Shown here piece by piece: positions 29,438 to 39,602 of a stretch of 64,000 nt of DNA. The stretch is taken from the NCBI GenBank assembly GCA_048887165.1, contig JBHLJZ010000009.1:693-64692 (forward strand), in the 5' to 3' direction. A program made the translations under genes and the position numbers. The notes beneath the pieces are model-generated. The model was given only the letters and a program-made list of their open reading frames with translations, was not told where the DNA came from and did no database searches. Source of the stretch: Candidatus Hodarchaeota archaeon. GTDB taxonomy: Archaea; Asgardarchaeota; Lokiarchaeia; Sigyniarchaeales; SOKP01. Positions within the stretch are counted from its first letter, which is position 1; each line of letters begins with the position of its first letter.

Positions 29438-31435
29438 TTAAAAGTGATCCTTTCTTATTTCTTTTATTTTATCTCTCAAGAAAGCTGCATCTTCAAAGCG
29501 TAATTCCCTCGCTGCCATATACATCTTGTTTTCAAGGTATTCAATTAATATATCTGTATCTCCTTTTTTCTCAAGTTCTTTAAGTTTATTAGTAATAGAT
29601 TGCTTTAATCGCTTTGTTTCTTTTTCTTTAAGTCCTCTTTCTTCAGAAAGAGACTCTAAAATATTCTTCTTTATTGTTTGAGGTGTGATGTTATGTTCCT
29701 CGTTATATTTAGTCTGTTTGTTTCTCCTTCGGTTGGTTTCGTCAATAGCAGCTTTCATAGCTGGTGTTATTTTCTCTGCGTATAATATAGCATGGCCTTC
29801 TACATTCCTTGAAGCCCTTCCAATCGTTTGAATAAGTGATCGTGTGTCTCGTAAGAAACCTAACTTATCTGCATCTAATATTGCTACTAATTTCACTTCA
29901 GGTAAATCTAGCCCTTCTCTTAATAGATTTATTCCAACAAGCGCGTCAAAGGTACCGTCTCTAAGTTGCCTTAAGATATCAAAACGTTCAACAGTATCTA
30001 CTTCTGAGTGTAGGTAAGCAATTTTTATTCCTAACTCTGAATAATACTCAGCAATATCTTCAGCCATTCTTTTAGTTAGGGTAGTAATGAGCGCTCTTCC
30101 TTTACTTTTAATAACATTTCGAAGTTCATTTAAGAGATCATCAATCTGATTTTTAGCAGGTCGTACTTCAACTTGTGGATCCACTAATCCAGTTGGTCGA
30201 ATGATTTGTTCTGCTGAAATCCCATTACTCTTTTCAAGCTCATAATCTCCAGGAGTAGCGCTCATGAAAATAATATATTTTATTTTACTTTCCCATTCTT
30301 CAAATGTAAGAGGCCGATTATCAAAAGCACTAGGCAATCGCCAACCATATTCGACAAGATTCTGTTTTCTCGATCGATCACCACCAATCATCCCATGAAT
30401 TTGAGGGATTGTAATGTGTGATTCATCCACAACGATTAAAAAATCATCTGGAAAATAATCAATTAAACACATAGGAGGGGTTCCAGGAGGACGACCATCT
30501 AAATGTCTTGAATAATTCTCAATGCCTTTACACCATCCCATTTCCCTCATCATTTCTAAATCGAATTTAACTCTTTTCTCTATCCATTTTGCCTCAGCAT
30601 ATCTCTTTTCATCCCAGAATTTTTTAATTTGTTGTTTCATCTCTAGTTCAATCGATTCTAATGCTTTTATTTTATTTTCTTCAGGAATTATAAAATGTGT
30701 TGCTGGAAAAATTCTACAATTTGATAAATCTTTTATGATATCATTAGTAATTGGATGAATTTCTTGGATGGACTCAATTTCATCTCCAAAAAGTGATATA
30801 CGGATTGCGGTGTCGAGATAAGCAGGAAAGATATCAATAAGATCACCCCGAACTCGTATGACCCCCGGTTTGAATTCAATATCTTTTCGTTCATAATTCA
30901 TCCTTATTAAACCTTTAATGATATCAGATCGTTTTATAGATTGTCCGATCTCGAGATTAACTGAAACTGCCGTCCAAACCTCAGGGTCTCCTATTCCATA
31001 TATGCATGAAACTGTAGCAACGATTATTACATCCTTTCGTGTTCTAATTGCATGAGTAGCTGCTAATCTTAACCTTTCAATCTCTTCATTTACGCTAAAA
31101 TCTTTCTCTATATACAAGCCAGTAACAGGCATATATGCTTCAGGTTGGTAATAATCATAATAACTAACAAAATAGTGAACTGCATTCTCTGGAAATAGTT
31201 CTTTAAGCTCATTATACAATTGTGCTGCAAGTGTCTTATTTGGAGCCATAATAAGCGTAGGTTTTTGAATTTCTTCAATTATATTAGCAATAGAGAAAGT
31301 TTTACCAGTTCCAGTCGCCCCTAAGAGTGTTTGAAATCTCTCATTATCTTGAATTCCTTTTTTTAAGCAAGAAATTGCAATTGGCTGATCTCCCGCGGGA
31401 GAATATTCTGTTTTGATTTTGAAACTTGAACTCAT
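29438..31435 (-). CDS. uvrB: Excinuclease ABC subunit B
   Basis: GATGTGKTF, VVDESH and helicase motifs. C-terminal UVR domain (RFEDAAFLRDKIKEI). Confidence 0.95.
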   Translation of the reverse strand: MSSSFKIKTEYSPAGDQPIAISCLKKGIQDNERFQTLLGATGTGKTFSIANIIEEIQKPTLIMAPNKTLAAQLYNELKELFPENAVHYFVSYYDYYQPEAYMPVTGLYIEKDFSVNEEIERLRLAATHAIRTRKDVIIVATVSCIYGIGDPEVWTAVSVNLEIGQSIKRSDIIKGLIRMNYERKDIEFKPGVIRVRGDLIDIFPAYLDTAIRISLFGDEIESIQEIHPITNDIIKDLSNCRIFPATHFIIPEENKIKALESIELEMKQQIKKFWDEKRYAEAKWIEKRVKFDLEMMREMGWCKGIENYSRHLDGRPPGTPPMCLIDYFPDDFLIVVDESHITIPQIHGMIGGDRSRKQNLVEYGWRLPSAFDNRPLTFEEWESKIKYIIFMSATPGDYELEKSNGISAEQIIRPTGLVDPQVEVRPAKNQIDDLLNELRNVIKSKGRALITTLTKRMAEDIAEYYSELGIKIAYLHSEVDTVERFDILRQLRDGTFDALVGINLLREGLDLPEVKLVAILDADKLGFLRDTRSLIQTIGRASRNVEGHAILYAEKITPAMKAAIDETNRRRNKQTKYNEEHNITPQTIKKNILESLSEERGLKEKETKRLKQSITNKLKELEKKGDTDILIEYLENKMYMAARELRFEDAAFLRDKIKEIRKDHF

Positions 31436-31569
31436 AAGGATTAATATTAAATTAATTAAAGCTATTAATATTCAAATAAAATTTAATATATAGACTATAA
31501 GTCTATAGATATTCTAATAAACCATAATTTATGATTTTAATGGTTTTTTAAATAAAAAATAAATTTAAT

Positions 31570-34500
31570 TTATACGACGGTTTCTTGGTGTGAATCTTCG
31601 GCCCCTTCTTCAGTTCGCACTAATATTTCTATTTTATTTCCAGCGACTATACTTAATTCCAGAAAATCTTCAAGATCTGAAAGAGAAATCGAAATTGTAA
31701 TGTATCCTATAGAATTTTGAAGTTCATATGAATTTCCAGTCAACATTGTGTAATTTGCTCCATCTACAAAAGTGAAATTTGCTAATGGAATATAAGTATC
31801 ATTGACATAAACTGAATTTATAGTTACATTTAGCAGCCCATTATTAGTTATTTTCATTTCTAACTCACTACTATCCACAAATGTTGCTGAATCTTCGATA
31901 TTAATATTAAAATATGTAGGATCAACAGTTGCAGTAAGATTTGCAGTTGCTTGTGCTGATGTATTAGTGGTTACTCTAATGTCTATTTGATTAGAAACGT
32001 TTATCATTAAACTAGTGATATTAAAAGACACTAATGCACATTCTTGAACACCTAATGAGAGATCTCCATATATAAATTCGGTTTCATTGTCAATAGAAAT
32101 ACTAACGGTTTCATTTAATATAATCTGATCTAAATCAATTGGTTGGTCTCCAGTATTTTTGATTAATAATGTTCCAGTCTCATTTGCTTGAATTTTCGAT
32201 ATTGTAGTTCCCTCAACATCTTTAATGATTTGGATATCAGCCTGATCACGAATGGTATGTACGTAGCCTATGTCTGCTGTTTTAGTAGACCCATCAAAAA
32301 GAGCAGATACTATCACACCAATCTCATCATTTACATCAAAATCAAAATAATCTGACGCTATTACAGTGATATTCAACTCTTGTCCAGGATTAATATTTTT
32401 TATAGGATTAAAATCTACAGAAGTCCAAGTTTCGGTTTGTTTTAAGTATACAGAGTCCATGCCAAGAATAATATCTCCTATGTTTTTTACTCTTAATTTA
32501 ATAATAGTTGTTCCATTATCGTACGTGTAAGCATATGTTTCATTGAAGTAGATAGGAATGTGTTTTCTAAAATATCCTGTATCTGATGCGAGTACCTCTG
32601 GCGAAAGGATTCTCTTTTCACTAAATAATGTTAATTCATAGTTTTCAAAGCTTGACGTAAGCAATATTTCACTTTTTACACCATTAGGGGTAATAACTCC
32701 AATTTTATGGTCCGTTCTTACGGGATAGAAGCTTACGATTGAATTCGGCAAGCGAACCAATGCCTTCTCTCCAGGTTGCAGTATTGAAGAACCACTTAAG
32801 TATTCTTCAGTAGGAAATACATTATCATCCGTATCAGCATAAAAATCATCTAAAATAGCAACATTTTCTCCAACATTTTCTACTTCTAGATATACATCTG
32901 CTGTTATCGAATCAATTTGTACAACTCTGCTATTTTCCTTATTTATCTGAATTTTGCTAAGCACTCCTTCCTTCACAAAAAAATTACTCGTTTGATTTGT
33001 AAATGAATAAATTGATCCTTCTGCAGTTGCTTCAACAGTGATTTGAGCAATATCATTTTTGTTAAATGTCTTACCACCCGAATTAATATCAACCCATACT
33101 AAATCTTCTTCACTTGCATTTATGATATTAGTACCTACACCTTTTCCTAAAGAATAATTATAGCTTTGACCATTGATTTGCACATCTGAAATAACTAAAT
33201 TTTTAGTTCCAGTATTTGTTAATTTTAACGTTGCATAACCACTATCAAACACTTCTGGTTGAGAAATCTCAAAGCTCGATTCTAATGCTGTATAATCAAC
33301 TTTATAAAGTTTAACCATGCCTAAATTAGAGATATAAGCACGTTGAAATACTTTAAAATCATAATCCCCATTATTAGGTATTGAATATGACCACACGTCA
33401 TCATCAGCATCGCGTCTCGTATTTATTTGTTGTTGGTAATATTGGTCAAAAGTTTGAGGTTCTCCTTGATATGGCGCGGTATCTATGTCATAAAACATTA
33501 ACCTTACAAGTTGACTTTCAAACCATTTCTTCTCAGGTACTTGTAACTCATCATTAAAATATTCACTCTCATCAAAAACAGAATTATCTGCCCAATTATC
33601 TTCTTCAAGTCCCAATGATTTGTAAATTTCATAATTATCATTGCATATTCGAACCATCCAAGGCCACTTTCCCTCATCACCACCCAATCCATTAATAAGA
33701 AATCCAAAGTATACTAATACATAATCAGCTTTTAAGCGTCGTAATATTTTTGCGCTATAAACCTCATTTGTCTGCATCAGAGCCATTCCGGTTAAACCAA
33801 TCCTAGTTTGATTTATCGTAGCATTATCATTTACAGTAGTCATATTACCGATTGGTGTAATCCAATATCCATAGTCCCACCAGCTTACAACGACGGTATC
33901 TCCAGGGAGATTTGTTTTCATCCAAGTTAATGTTTCCTCCCAGTCATGATAAATTCCGCCAGGAGCAATTTGACTAGTTGATAACTGAGTTATTGAAATA
34001 TTAGTAGCGTACATTACTTGTGCTATGCACATAATTCCTACAATAAAATAAACCGCTGTTATCTCCGACTTTCCAACCATTCTTTTTAATTGTCGCTTTC
34101 TCTTCCTACTTATTGTTCTTTTTTCTCCATAGAAACTACCAAAAATTTTTAGTACATTTACTAGTCCGTACGCACCTACTAATGATGCTGCGGGAGCAAA
34201 TAGTAAAATAATTCGAATCATGCTACTTGTAAAATAGAAGATCAGTATGATAAACACCATTAGAAATATATCCGCTGCATCTGATCTTTTAAACGCGAAA
34301 AATATTCCAAGAGGCAAAAGCATTAAGGGGATCAAAGTATTATAGTAAAATACACTCCAGGGACTAGGCATATGTTCTGCTACGGAGGCTACTAAATGCA
34401 TCGAATCACGGAGCAGAGGGCTAAGAATACTTTGAATACGAGTACCGAAACCAAAGGGAATAATGCTTGGAGCAATCCAAATAATAATGGCACCAACTAT

Positions 34501-35454
34501 AACTATTGGAATTATCCCCCATTTTAGAAGATTAACGATTGTGTTATAAAATTTAGGATACTGCGTTTTTTTAGTATAAATTAAATGAAATATTATAAGT
34601 AATATAGTAAAGATAAAGATACCTCCGATATTTAAACTTGTAAATAAGTTTCCATAGTTAAAAACAGAAAAGAGCGAGAATAATAGTAATCCAACGCCCG
34701 TAATTCCACTATAAGCAATTAAAACATTTGTATCGTATTTATTGGCTAGAATTAAAATTCCAGTAATTAAGGGAAGACTAAGAAACACAAAATCATAACC
34801 TCCCCAGCTGAGTGCTAAATATCCGAGAAATAAACCTCCCAAGACAGAATGAACTATTCTACCTGATTTTAATGTCTTAATAAAAAAATAGAAGGTCATT
34901 AGTGTTGCAAATACTCCTATTGTCTCATTATCAAAGAATCCAGCAACCGTGCGTTGCATATAACCAACATTAAAAGCCATGAAAAAAGCTGCAAATAAAC
35001 CACACTTTCGATCTAGTACTTCTTTACCCAGTAGATAGGCTGCAAATACACTTAAACCTCCCATAAATGCAGGAAAGTAGAAGCATACATCATATAGAGA
35101 AACATTAATCCCAAGAAAATTGAATGCTTGGAAAATAAATACTACAGTAAATGTCAAACCGGGACGTAAAGCTCCTCTATTAATACCTTCTGGAAACCAA
35201 CTTTTAAAGTCAAGCCAATTGAAATATTCGAATATGGAATGTTCTGAGAGATAATCTGCACTATAATATTGAATCCAAGGATCGAATGCTTTGATTAGGT
35301 AATTTCCATCAACAACAGGGGAGAGACGGATCACTATAGCGACTATAATAAGTAAGATTAATGCTAAAAATAGTAAAATATTGCTCCTTTTAACTGTTAG
35401 ACTTGCCTGTGTTCTATCCCGGAAATTCCTAAGAGACCGAATAATTTTCGACAT
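31570..35454 (-). CDS. aglB: Oligosaccharyltransferase AglB/STT3 with a ~600-aa C-terminal beta-rich extension
   Basis: 13-TM N-terminal half with AFDPW and GFFDNETIGVF. WWDYGYW catalytic motif, and DNATINQTRIG. The C-terminal half is repetitive beta-sandwich-like sequence rich in sequons. Confidence 0.9.
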   Translation of the reverse strand: MSKIIRSLRNFRDRTQASLTVKRSNILLFLALILLIIVAIVIRLSPVVDGNYLIKAFDPWIQYYSADYLSEHSIFEYFNWLDFKSWFPEGINRGALRPGLTFTVVFIFQAFNFLGINVSLYDVCFYFPAFMGGLSVFAAYLLGKEVLDRKCGLFAAFFMAFNVGYMQRTVAGFFDNETIGVFATLMTFYFFIKTLKSGRIVHSVLGGLFLGYLALSWGGYDFVFLSLPLITGILILANKYDTNVLIAYSGITGVGLLLFSLFSVFNYGNLFTSLNIGGIFIFTILLIIFHLIYTKKTQYPKFYNTIVNLLKWGIIPIVIVGAIIIWIAPSIIPFGFGTRIQSILSPLLRDSMHLVASVAEHMPSPWSVFYYNTLIPLMLLPLGIFFAFKRSDAADIFLMVFIILIFYFTSSMIRIILLFAPAASLVGAYGLVNVLKIFGSFYGEKRTISRKRKRQLKRMVGKSEITAVYFIVGIMCIAQVMYATNISITQLSTSQIAPGGIYHDWEETLTWMKTNLPGDTVVVSWWDYGYWITPIGNMTTVNDNATINQTRIGLTGMALMQTNEVYSAKILRRLKADYVLVYFGFLINGLGGDEGKWPWMVRICNDNYEIYKSLGLEEDNWADNSVFDESEYFNDELQVPEKKWFESQLVRLMFYDIDTAPYQGEPQTFDQYYQQQINTRRDADDDVWSYSIPNNGDYDFKVFQRAYISNLGMVKLYKVDYTALESSFEISQPEVFDSGYATLKLTNTGTKNLVISDVQINGQSYNYSLGKGVGTNIINASEEDLVWVDINSGGKTFNKNDIAQITVEATAEGSIYSFTNQTSNFFVKEGVLSKIQINKENSRVVQIDSITADVYLEVENVGENVAILDDFYADTDDNVFPTEEYLSGSSILQPGEKALVRLPNSIVSFYPVRTDHKIGVITPNGVKSEILLTSSFENYELTLFSEKRILSPEVLASDTGYFRKHIPIYFNETYAYTYDNGTTIIKLRVKNIGDIILGMDSVYLKQTETWTSVDFNPIKNINPGQELNITVIASDYFDFDVNDEIGVIVSALFDGSTKTADIGYVHTIRDQADIQIIKDVEGTTISKIQANETGTLLIKNTGDQPIDLDQIILNETVSISIDNETEFIYGDLSLGVQECALVSFNITSLMINVSNQIDIRVTTNTSAQATANLTATVDPTYFNINIEDSATFVDSSELEMKITNNGLLNVTINSVYVNDTYIPLANFTFVDGANYTMLTGNSYELQNSIGYITISISLSDLEDFLELSIVAGNKIEILVRTEEGAEDSHQETVV

Positions 35455-35645
35455 TATTTTTTTTGATTTAGATTTTTTAAATTTAAAATAATTACTAAAA
35501 TTTAGATTATAAAAAAATTCCTTTTCATTAAAAGATTATTTTTTAATATAGTAAGTGGTCTTGATATTATAACAATAGATTATTTTGTGATTGTATTTTA
35601 TAATTTTAAAGAAGGTTAGGATTTTTTTTTTGGTGATGATTTTAA

Positions 35646-36470
35646 ATGGAAATTGCTAGATATCTTTTTAAATTTTACTATATCGGTTTAAAGAGATTTT
35701 ACGGTTCACAAAGACAATTAAATAAATTAACTATTGAAGATTGTTTAATAGAAGCATTACTTAAAAAAAATTATATTCTTAGTTTGAGGAATTCTGGTTT
35801 TGAAGTAGCAAGTAGGACAGATAGATTAGTATCTGCACGGGGAGCTGTTTTTTCAATAAAGAGTAAAAAAAATCCAATTCTTATGGAGATAAATTCAGCT
35901 CTACCCAAGCAAATTGGAGTATGGGCGTATGCTAAAGTACCAATAACCTTTTTATCAAGATTTAATGCTAAATACCGACATTATAAATACTTTATGCCTA
36001 TTACTCAAAATTTAAATTTAGGAATAATTAATAAAGCGTGTAAAGAATTAGAAGGTCGACATGATTTTAAAAATTTTTCTAAGCGTGATAATGAACATAT
36101 AAACACCATAAGGGATATGATGTCAATATATACTAGTATAAAGGAAGATTATATTATTTTTAATTTCAAAAGCAAAGCATTCTTAAGACAACAAATTAGA
36201 CGTATGGTTGCGAAGTTAATCGAATTAGGAATGAACGAAATTAGCTATAACGATTTTAAAAGCTTACTTAATTCTAATGAATACAAATCATATCAACCTG
36301 CTAATCCAATTGGATTAATTCTATGGGACGTTGTTTATAATAAAGAAATAAAATTTATACATGATATTAAATCTATAGAAAGGATGAAAAATTTATTCTC
36401 TAAATTAGAACAAGAATCAAATCAAAAACGTTTATTATTCAAGATCTTGCAACTTAATAATATTGGCTAA
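35646..36470 (+). CDS. truA: tRNA pseudouridine synthase A
   Basis: KFYYIGLKRFYGSQRQ, catalytic SRTDRLVSARG, and later HDFKNF and RRQQIRRM. Confidence 0.7.
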   Translation: MEIARYLFKFYYIGLKRFYGSQRQLNKLTIEDCLIEALLKKNYILSLRNSGFEVASRTDRLVSARGAVFSIKSKKNPILMEINSALPKQIGVWAYAKVPITFLSRFNAKYRHYKYFMPITQNLNLGIINKACKELEGRHDFKNFSKRDNEHINTIRDMMSIYTSIKEDYIIFNFKSKAFLRQQIRRMVAKLIELGMNEISYNDFKSLLNSNEYKSYQPANPIGLILWDVVYNKEIKFIHDIKSIERMKNLFSKLEQESNQKRLLFKILQLNNIG

Positions 36471-37415
36471 TAACGCTTGCAATTGGATCTCTTCTGTCCC
36501 TCCTTGACTTAAACGATATTCGAATTCTGCTAAGAGTTTTGAAATTTCAATTTTCATATCTTCTGAAATATTAAGATTATAGATTTCTCTATGTAGATTT
36601 TTAATGATATTTATACCAGATAATCCATAATCTTTATTAATATCGTTAAGAAGCTTTATTGAAAATTGTAATTTTCCTGCTAATGCTGTATGAAGTATTT
36701 CTTTAACTTTTTCAGGAGGTACTTCACCAGCTACTCGAAATACAAGATCTTGATCAATCTTAGAGGAAATAGTTCCGCAGGATTGGAGATAATTTATAGC
36801 TCTTCTGCAATCACCCCTTGAAACATTTACTAATCCATTTAAACCATCTGGTTGAATAGAAATTTTTTCTTGTTTAGCCACATATTTTATCCTTTCTTTT
36901 ATATCATCATCGCTCAATGGTGCGAATCTAAACACAACACACCGAGATTGAATTGGGGGGATGATTTTATTAGAATAATTGCATATTAGTATCATTCGAC
37001 AATTCTTGGTATATTTTTCCATAGTTCTTCTTAAAGCTTGTTGAGCTGGTGAAGTCATATTATCTGCTTCATCTAAAATTAAGATTTTAAAAGGAATATC
37101 AAAAGGAGGTCTAGCCTTTGCAAAATCTTTAATAAAAGTCCTAATAACATCTATTCCTCTCGCATCACTCGCATTTAATTCCAAATATGTGGAATTAGGA
37201 GCCATTTTTCTTCCATATAGTCCTCTTACCATGGCTAAAGCAGAAGTAGTCTTACCTGTACCAGCAGGACCAGCAAAGATGAGATGTGGCATAGATTTAT
37301 CTTTAATAAATTGCATTAAACGCTGAATAATCGCTTTTTGGTTTACAATTTCGTCTAAAATCCTAGGACGATACTTTTCTACCCAGGGTCTATTATCTAA
37401 AGACATATTTATCAA
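36435..37415 (-). CDS. rfcS: Replication factor C small subunit
   Basis: PWVEKYRP, GPAGTGKTT, DEADNM and SRC. No intein. Confidence 0.9.
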   Translation of the reverse strand: MINMSLDNRPWVEKYRPRILDEIVNQKAIIQRLMQFIKDKSMPHLIFAGPAGTGKTTSALAMVRGLYGRKMAPNSTYLELNASDARGIDVIRTFIKDFAKARPPFDIPFKILILDEADNMTSPAQQALRRTMEKYTKNCRMILICNYSNKIIPPIQSRCVVFRFAPLSDDDIKERIKYVAKQEKISIQPDGLNGLVNVSRGDCRRAINYLQSCGTISSKIDQDLVFRVAGEVPPEKVKEILHTALAGKLQFSIKLLNDINKDYGLSGINIIKNLHREIYNLNISEDMKIEISKLLAEFEYRLSQGGTEEIQLQALLANIIKLQDLE

Positions 37416-37524
37416 AATAATTTCAAGATATATATAATAATATATAAAAAATACTATTAAGAATTAAAATTTCATTTTTCATTATTAATAAACAATTATA
37501 TAAAAAGAAACAAAATTGAAAATA

Positions 37525-38832
37525 ATGACGAATTTTAAAATTAGTAAAATTAAATCTCGGTGGATATTAGATTCACGTGGTAATCCGACAGTAGAAACTG
37601 ATATTTATTCTGATAATGTCTATGCTAGAGCAGCAGTTCCTTCAGGGGCATCAACAGGTGTCTTAGAGGCTTTAGAATTAAGAGATGGGGGAAAAGCATT
37701 TTTAGGAAAACATGTGACAAATGCTGTATCAAATGTAAATGGAATTCTAGCTAAAAACTTGATCGATTTTGATGTTAGAGATCAAAGTAGATTGGATAAA
37801 GAAATGATCAAGATAGATGGAACTGAGAATAAAAAAAATTTAGGAGCAAACGCAATTTTATCTGTCTCTTTAGCAACAGCAAAACTAGCATCCAAATTAC
37901 TAAAAAAGCCGTTGTTTTCTCATTTATATGATATTACTTATGGGAATTCTAGGGAAGATTACTTATTACCTATTCCCTTTTGTAATATTTTAAATGGAGG
38001 AGAACATGCAGGAAATAATCTTGCAATTCAAGAATTTATGATTGCACCTATAGGTGGAAAATCCTTTTCTGGTGCTATACAAAACGTTTCAGAAGTATAT
38101 CAAACACTTAAGGGTATTTTACTTAAAAAATATGGTAAAACAGCTGTAAATGTCGGAGATGAAGGTGGTTTCGCTCCAAATCTATCAGATACTCACGAAG
38201 CTGTAAATGTTATTGTTGAAGCCATTGAAGAAGCAGGATTTATTATAGGTACAGACTTTTATTTAGCAATGGATGTTGCTGCAAGTGAATTTTATGAGAA
38301 TGGATTATACAATATTGATGGAAAGAAATTGAATGAAAATGAATTTCTGCAATATTACTTAGATCTGATAGATGAGTATCCTTATATAAAATCTATTGAA
38401 GATCCATTTGATCAGACTTCATTTAATGATTTTACTAAACTAACAGCTAAAATTAATAAATCAATTCAAATAGTTGATGATGATCTTACAGTTACTAATA
38501 TTAAAATTTTAGAAAAAGCTATTAATGAAAATGCTGGTAATGCTTTACTTCTCAAAGTTAATCAAATTGGGAGTTTAACAGAAGCAATTGAAGCGTCTAA
38601 AATGTCATTTAAAAATGGCTTTAATGTTATGGTTTCACATCGTTCCGGTGAGACTGAAGATCCATTTATCGCAGATTTAGCTGTAGGATTATGTACAGGG
38701 CAAATTAAAAGTGGTGCACCATGCAGAAGTGATAGAACTGCTAAATATAATCAATTATTAAGAATAGAAGAGCTATTAGGAGAAAATGCGATATATCCTA
38801 ATAATTTTGATGAGTGGAAAAAATTCCAGTAG
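37525..38832 (+). CDS. eno: Enolase
   Basis: LDSRGNPTVE and SHRSGETED, ~435 aa. The track ORF begins at the TTG at 37516; the ATG at 37525 fits the family N-terminus. Confidence 0.95.
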   Translation: MTNFKISKIKSRWILDSRGNPTVETDIYSDNVYARAAVPSGASTGVLEALELRDGGKAFLGKHVTNAVSNVNGILAKNLIDFDVRDQSRLDKEMIKIDGTENKKNLGANAILSVSLATAKLASKLLKKPLFSHLYDITYGNSREDYLLPIPFCNILNGGEHAGNNLAIQEFMIAPIGGKSFSGAIQNVSEVYQTLKGILLKKYGKTAVNVGDEGGFAPNLSDTHEAVNVIVEAIEEAGFIIGTDFYLAMDVAASEFYENGLYNIDGKKLNENEFLQYYLDLIDEYPYIKSIEDPFDQTSFNDFTKLTAKINKSIQIVDDDLTVTNIKILEKAINENAGNALLLKVNQIGSLTEAIEASKMSFKNGFNVMVSHRSGETEDPFIADLAVGLCTGQIKSGAPCRSDRTAKYNQLLRIEELLGENAIYPNNFDEWKKFQ

Positions 38833-38842
38833 ACCTTATCAA

Positions 38843-39495
38843 TTATACGGCGTCCTTAGTAAACCTGTATATGTTTACATCAATATTTTTTACTCTTTTT
38901 TTATGAAAATGAAAAGATCTTTCAAGGGTTAGTTTCAAAGGAAAAATGTAATTTACACTCCAATTATATTTTTTTATATATCTCCGAATAAATTTGCTTA
39001 CCTCTTCGTTAGCTAAATGGATGGAATATATAACTGATGAGAAAGAAAATGCTTTTTCCAAAAAAATTCTATCTGCTTTTTTCTTCTTTACTCCGAAAGG
39101 AGGATTCATAATAGTTGTAATTTTTTGAACCCTATTTAAAAAGGATTGATTAAGTTCAAAATGTCCTATTTCTGCACAAATTGGAAATATTATATTATTA
39201 AGTTCAAGGTTATCAACATTTTTTTTTAATATCTTTAAAGCTTTACAATCAATATCAACACTTAATATATATTTAGCCTTAAGAAATGCACTTGCTATTG
39301 ATAACCTACCTGTACCTGCTCCTAAATCAATTATAACTTGATTAGTAATATCATCAAATTCAAATCCAGCAAAATATATAATATCAACTGCACTAATTGC
39401 ATCAATGCAATATTGCTCAAGTTCAATTTGTGGGTCCGAGAATGCTTGTGTGTTTTGAATTATAGAAATTAAATCTTTTTTATTTATGTTTATCG
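38843..39495 (-). pseudogene. METTL5-like N6-adenine (rRNA) methyltransferase, frameshifted and without a canonical start codon
   Basis: The C-terminal frame reads ...ICAEIGHFELNQ..MNPPFGVKKKKADRIFL...FHFHKKRVKNIDVNIYRF. The N-terminal part (KKDL...PQIELEQY...IIDLGAGTGRLSIASAFLKAKYILSVDID...) is in a different frame. The frames switch between 39169 and 39193. Confidence 0.7.
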
Positions 39496-39602
39496 CCTAA
39501 AAATTCTGCTTATTAAAATTTTTATTTATAATTATGATTAAATTTATTTATTTTATTTAATAATAATTAATTAGGGAAATTAAAAGATTTTTGTAGAAGG
39601 TT

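Noticed and set aside
26371-31435. uvrA-uvrB considered as a possible horizontally acquired island
   Set aside because: UvrABC of bacterial type is common in mesophilic archaea. Composition and codon usage look like the rest of the window, and there are no flanking repeats or integrase. The absence of uvrC here is not informative without the rest of the genome.
36435-37415. A check for inteins in RFC-S, aIF5B, PriS, UvrA and RpoA
   Set aside because: All have family-typical lengths and uninterrupted motifs, with no intein-like insertions.
38843-39109. The 88-aa ORF treated as a stand-alone small gene
   Set aside because: It starts exactly at the NPPFG catalytic motif of a methyltransferase whose SAM-binding half lies upstream in another frame. 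It is therefore a gene fragment, and I report it as a pseudogene.
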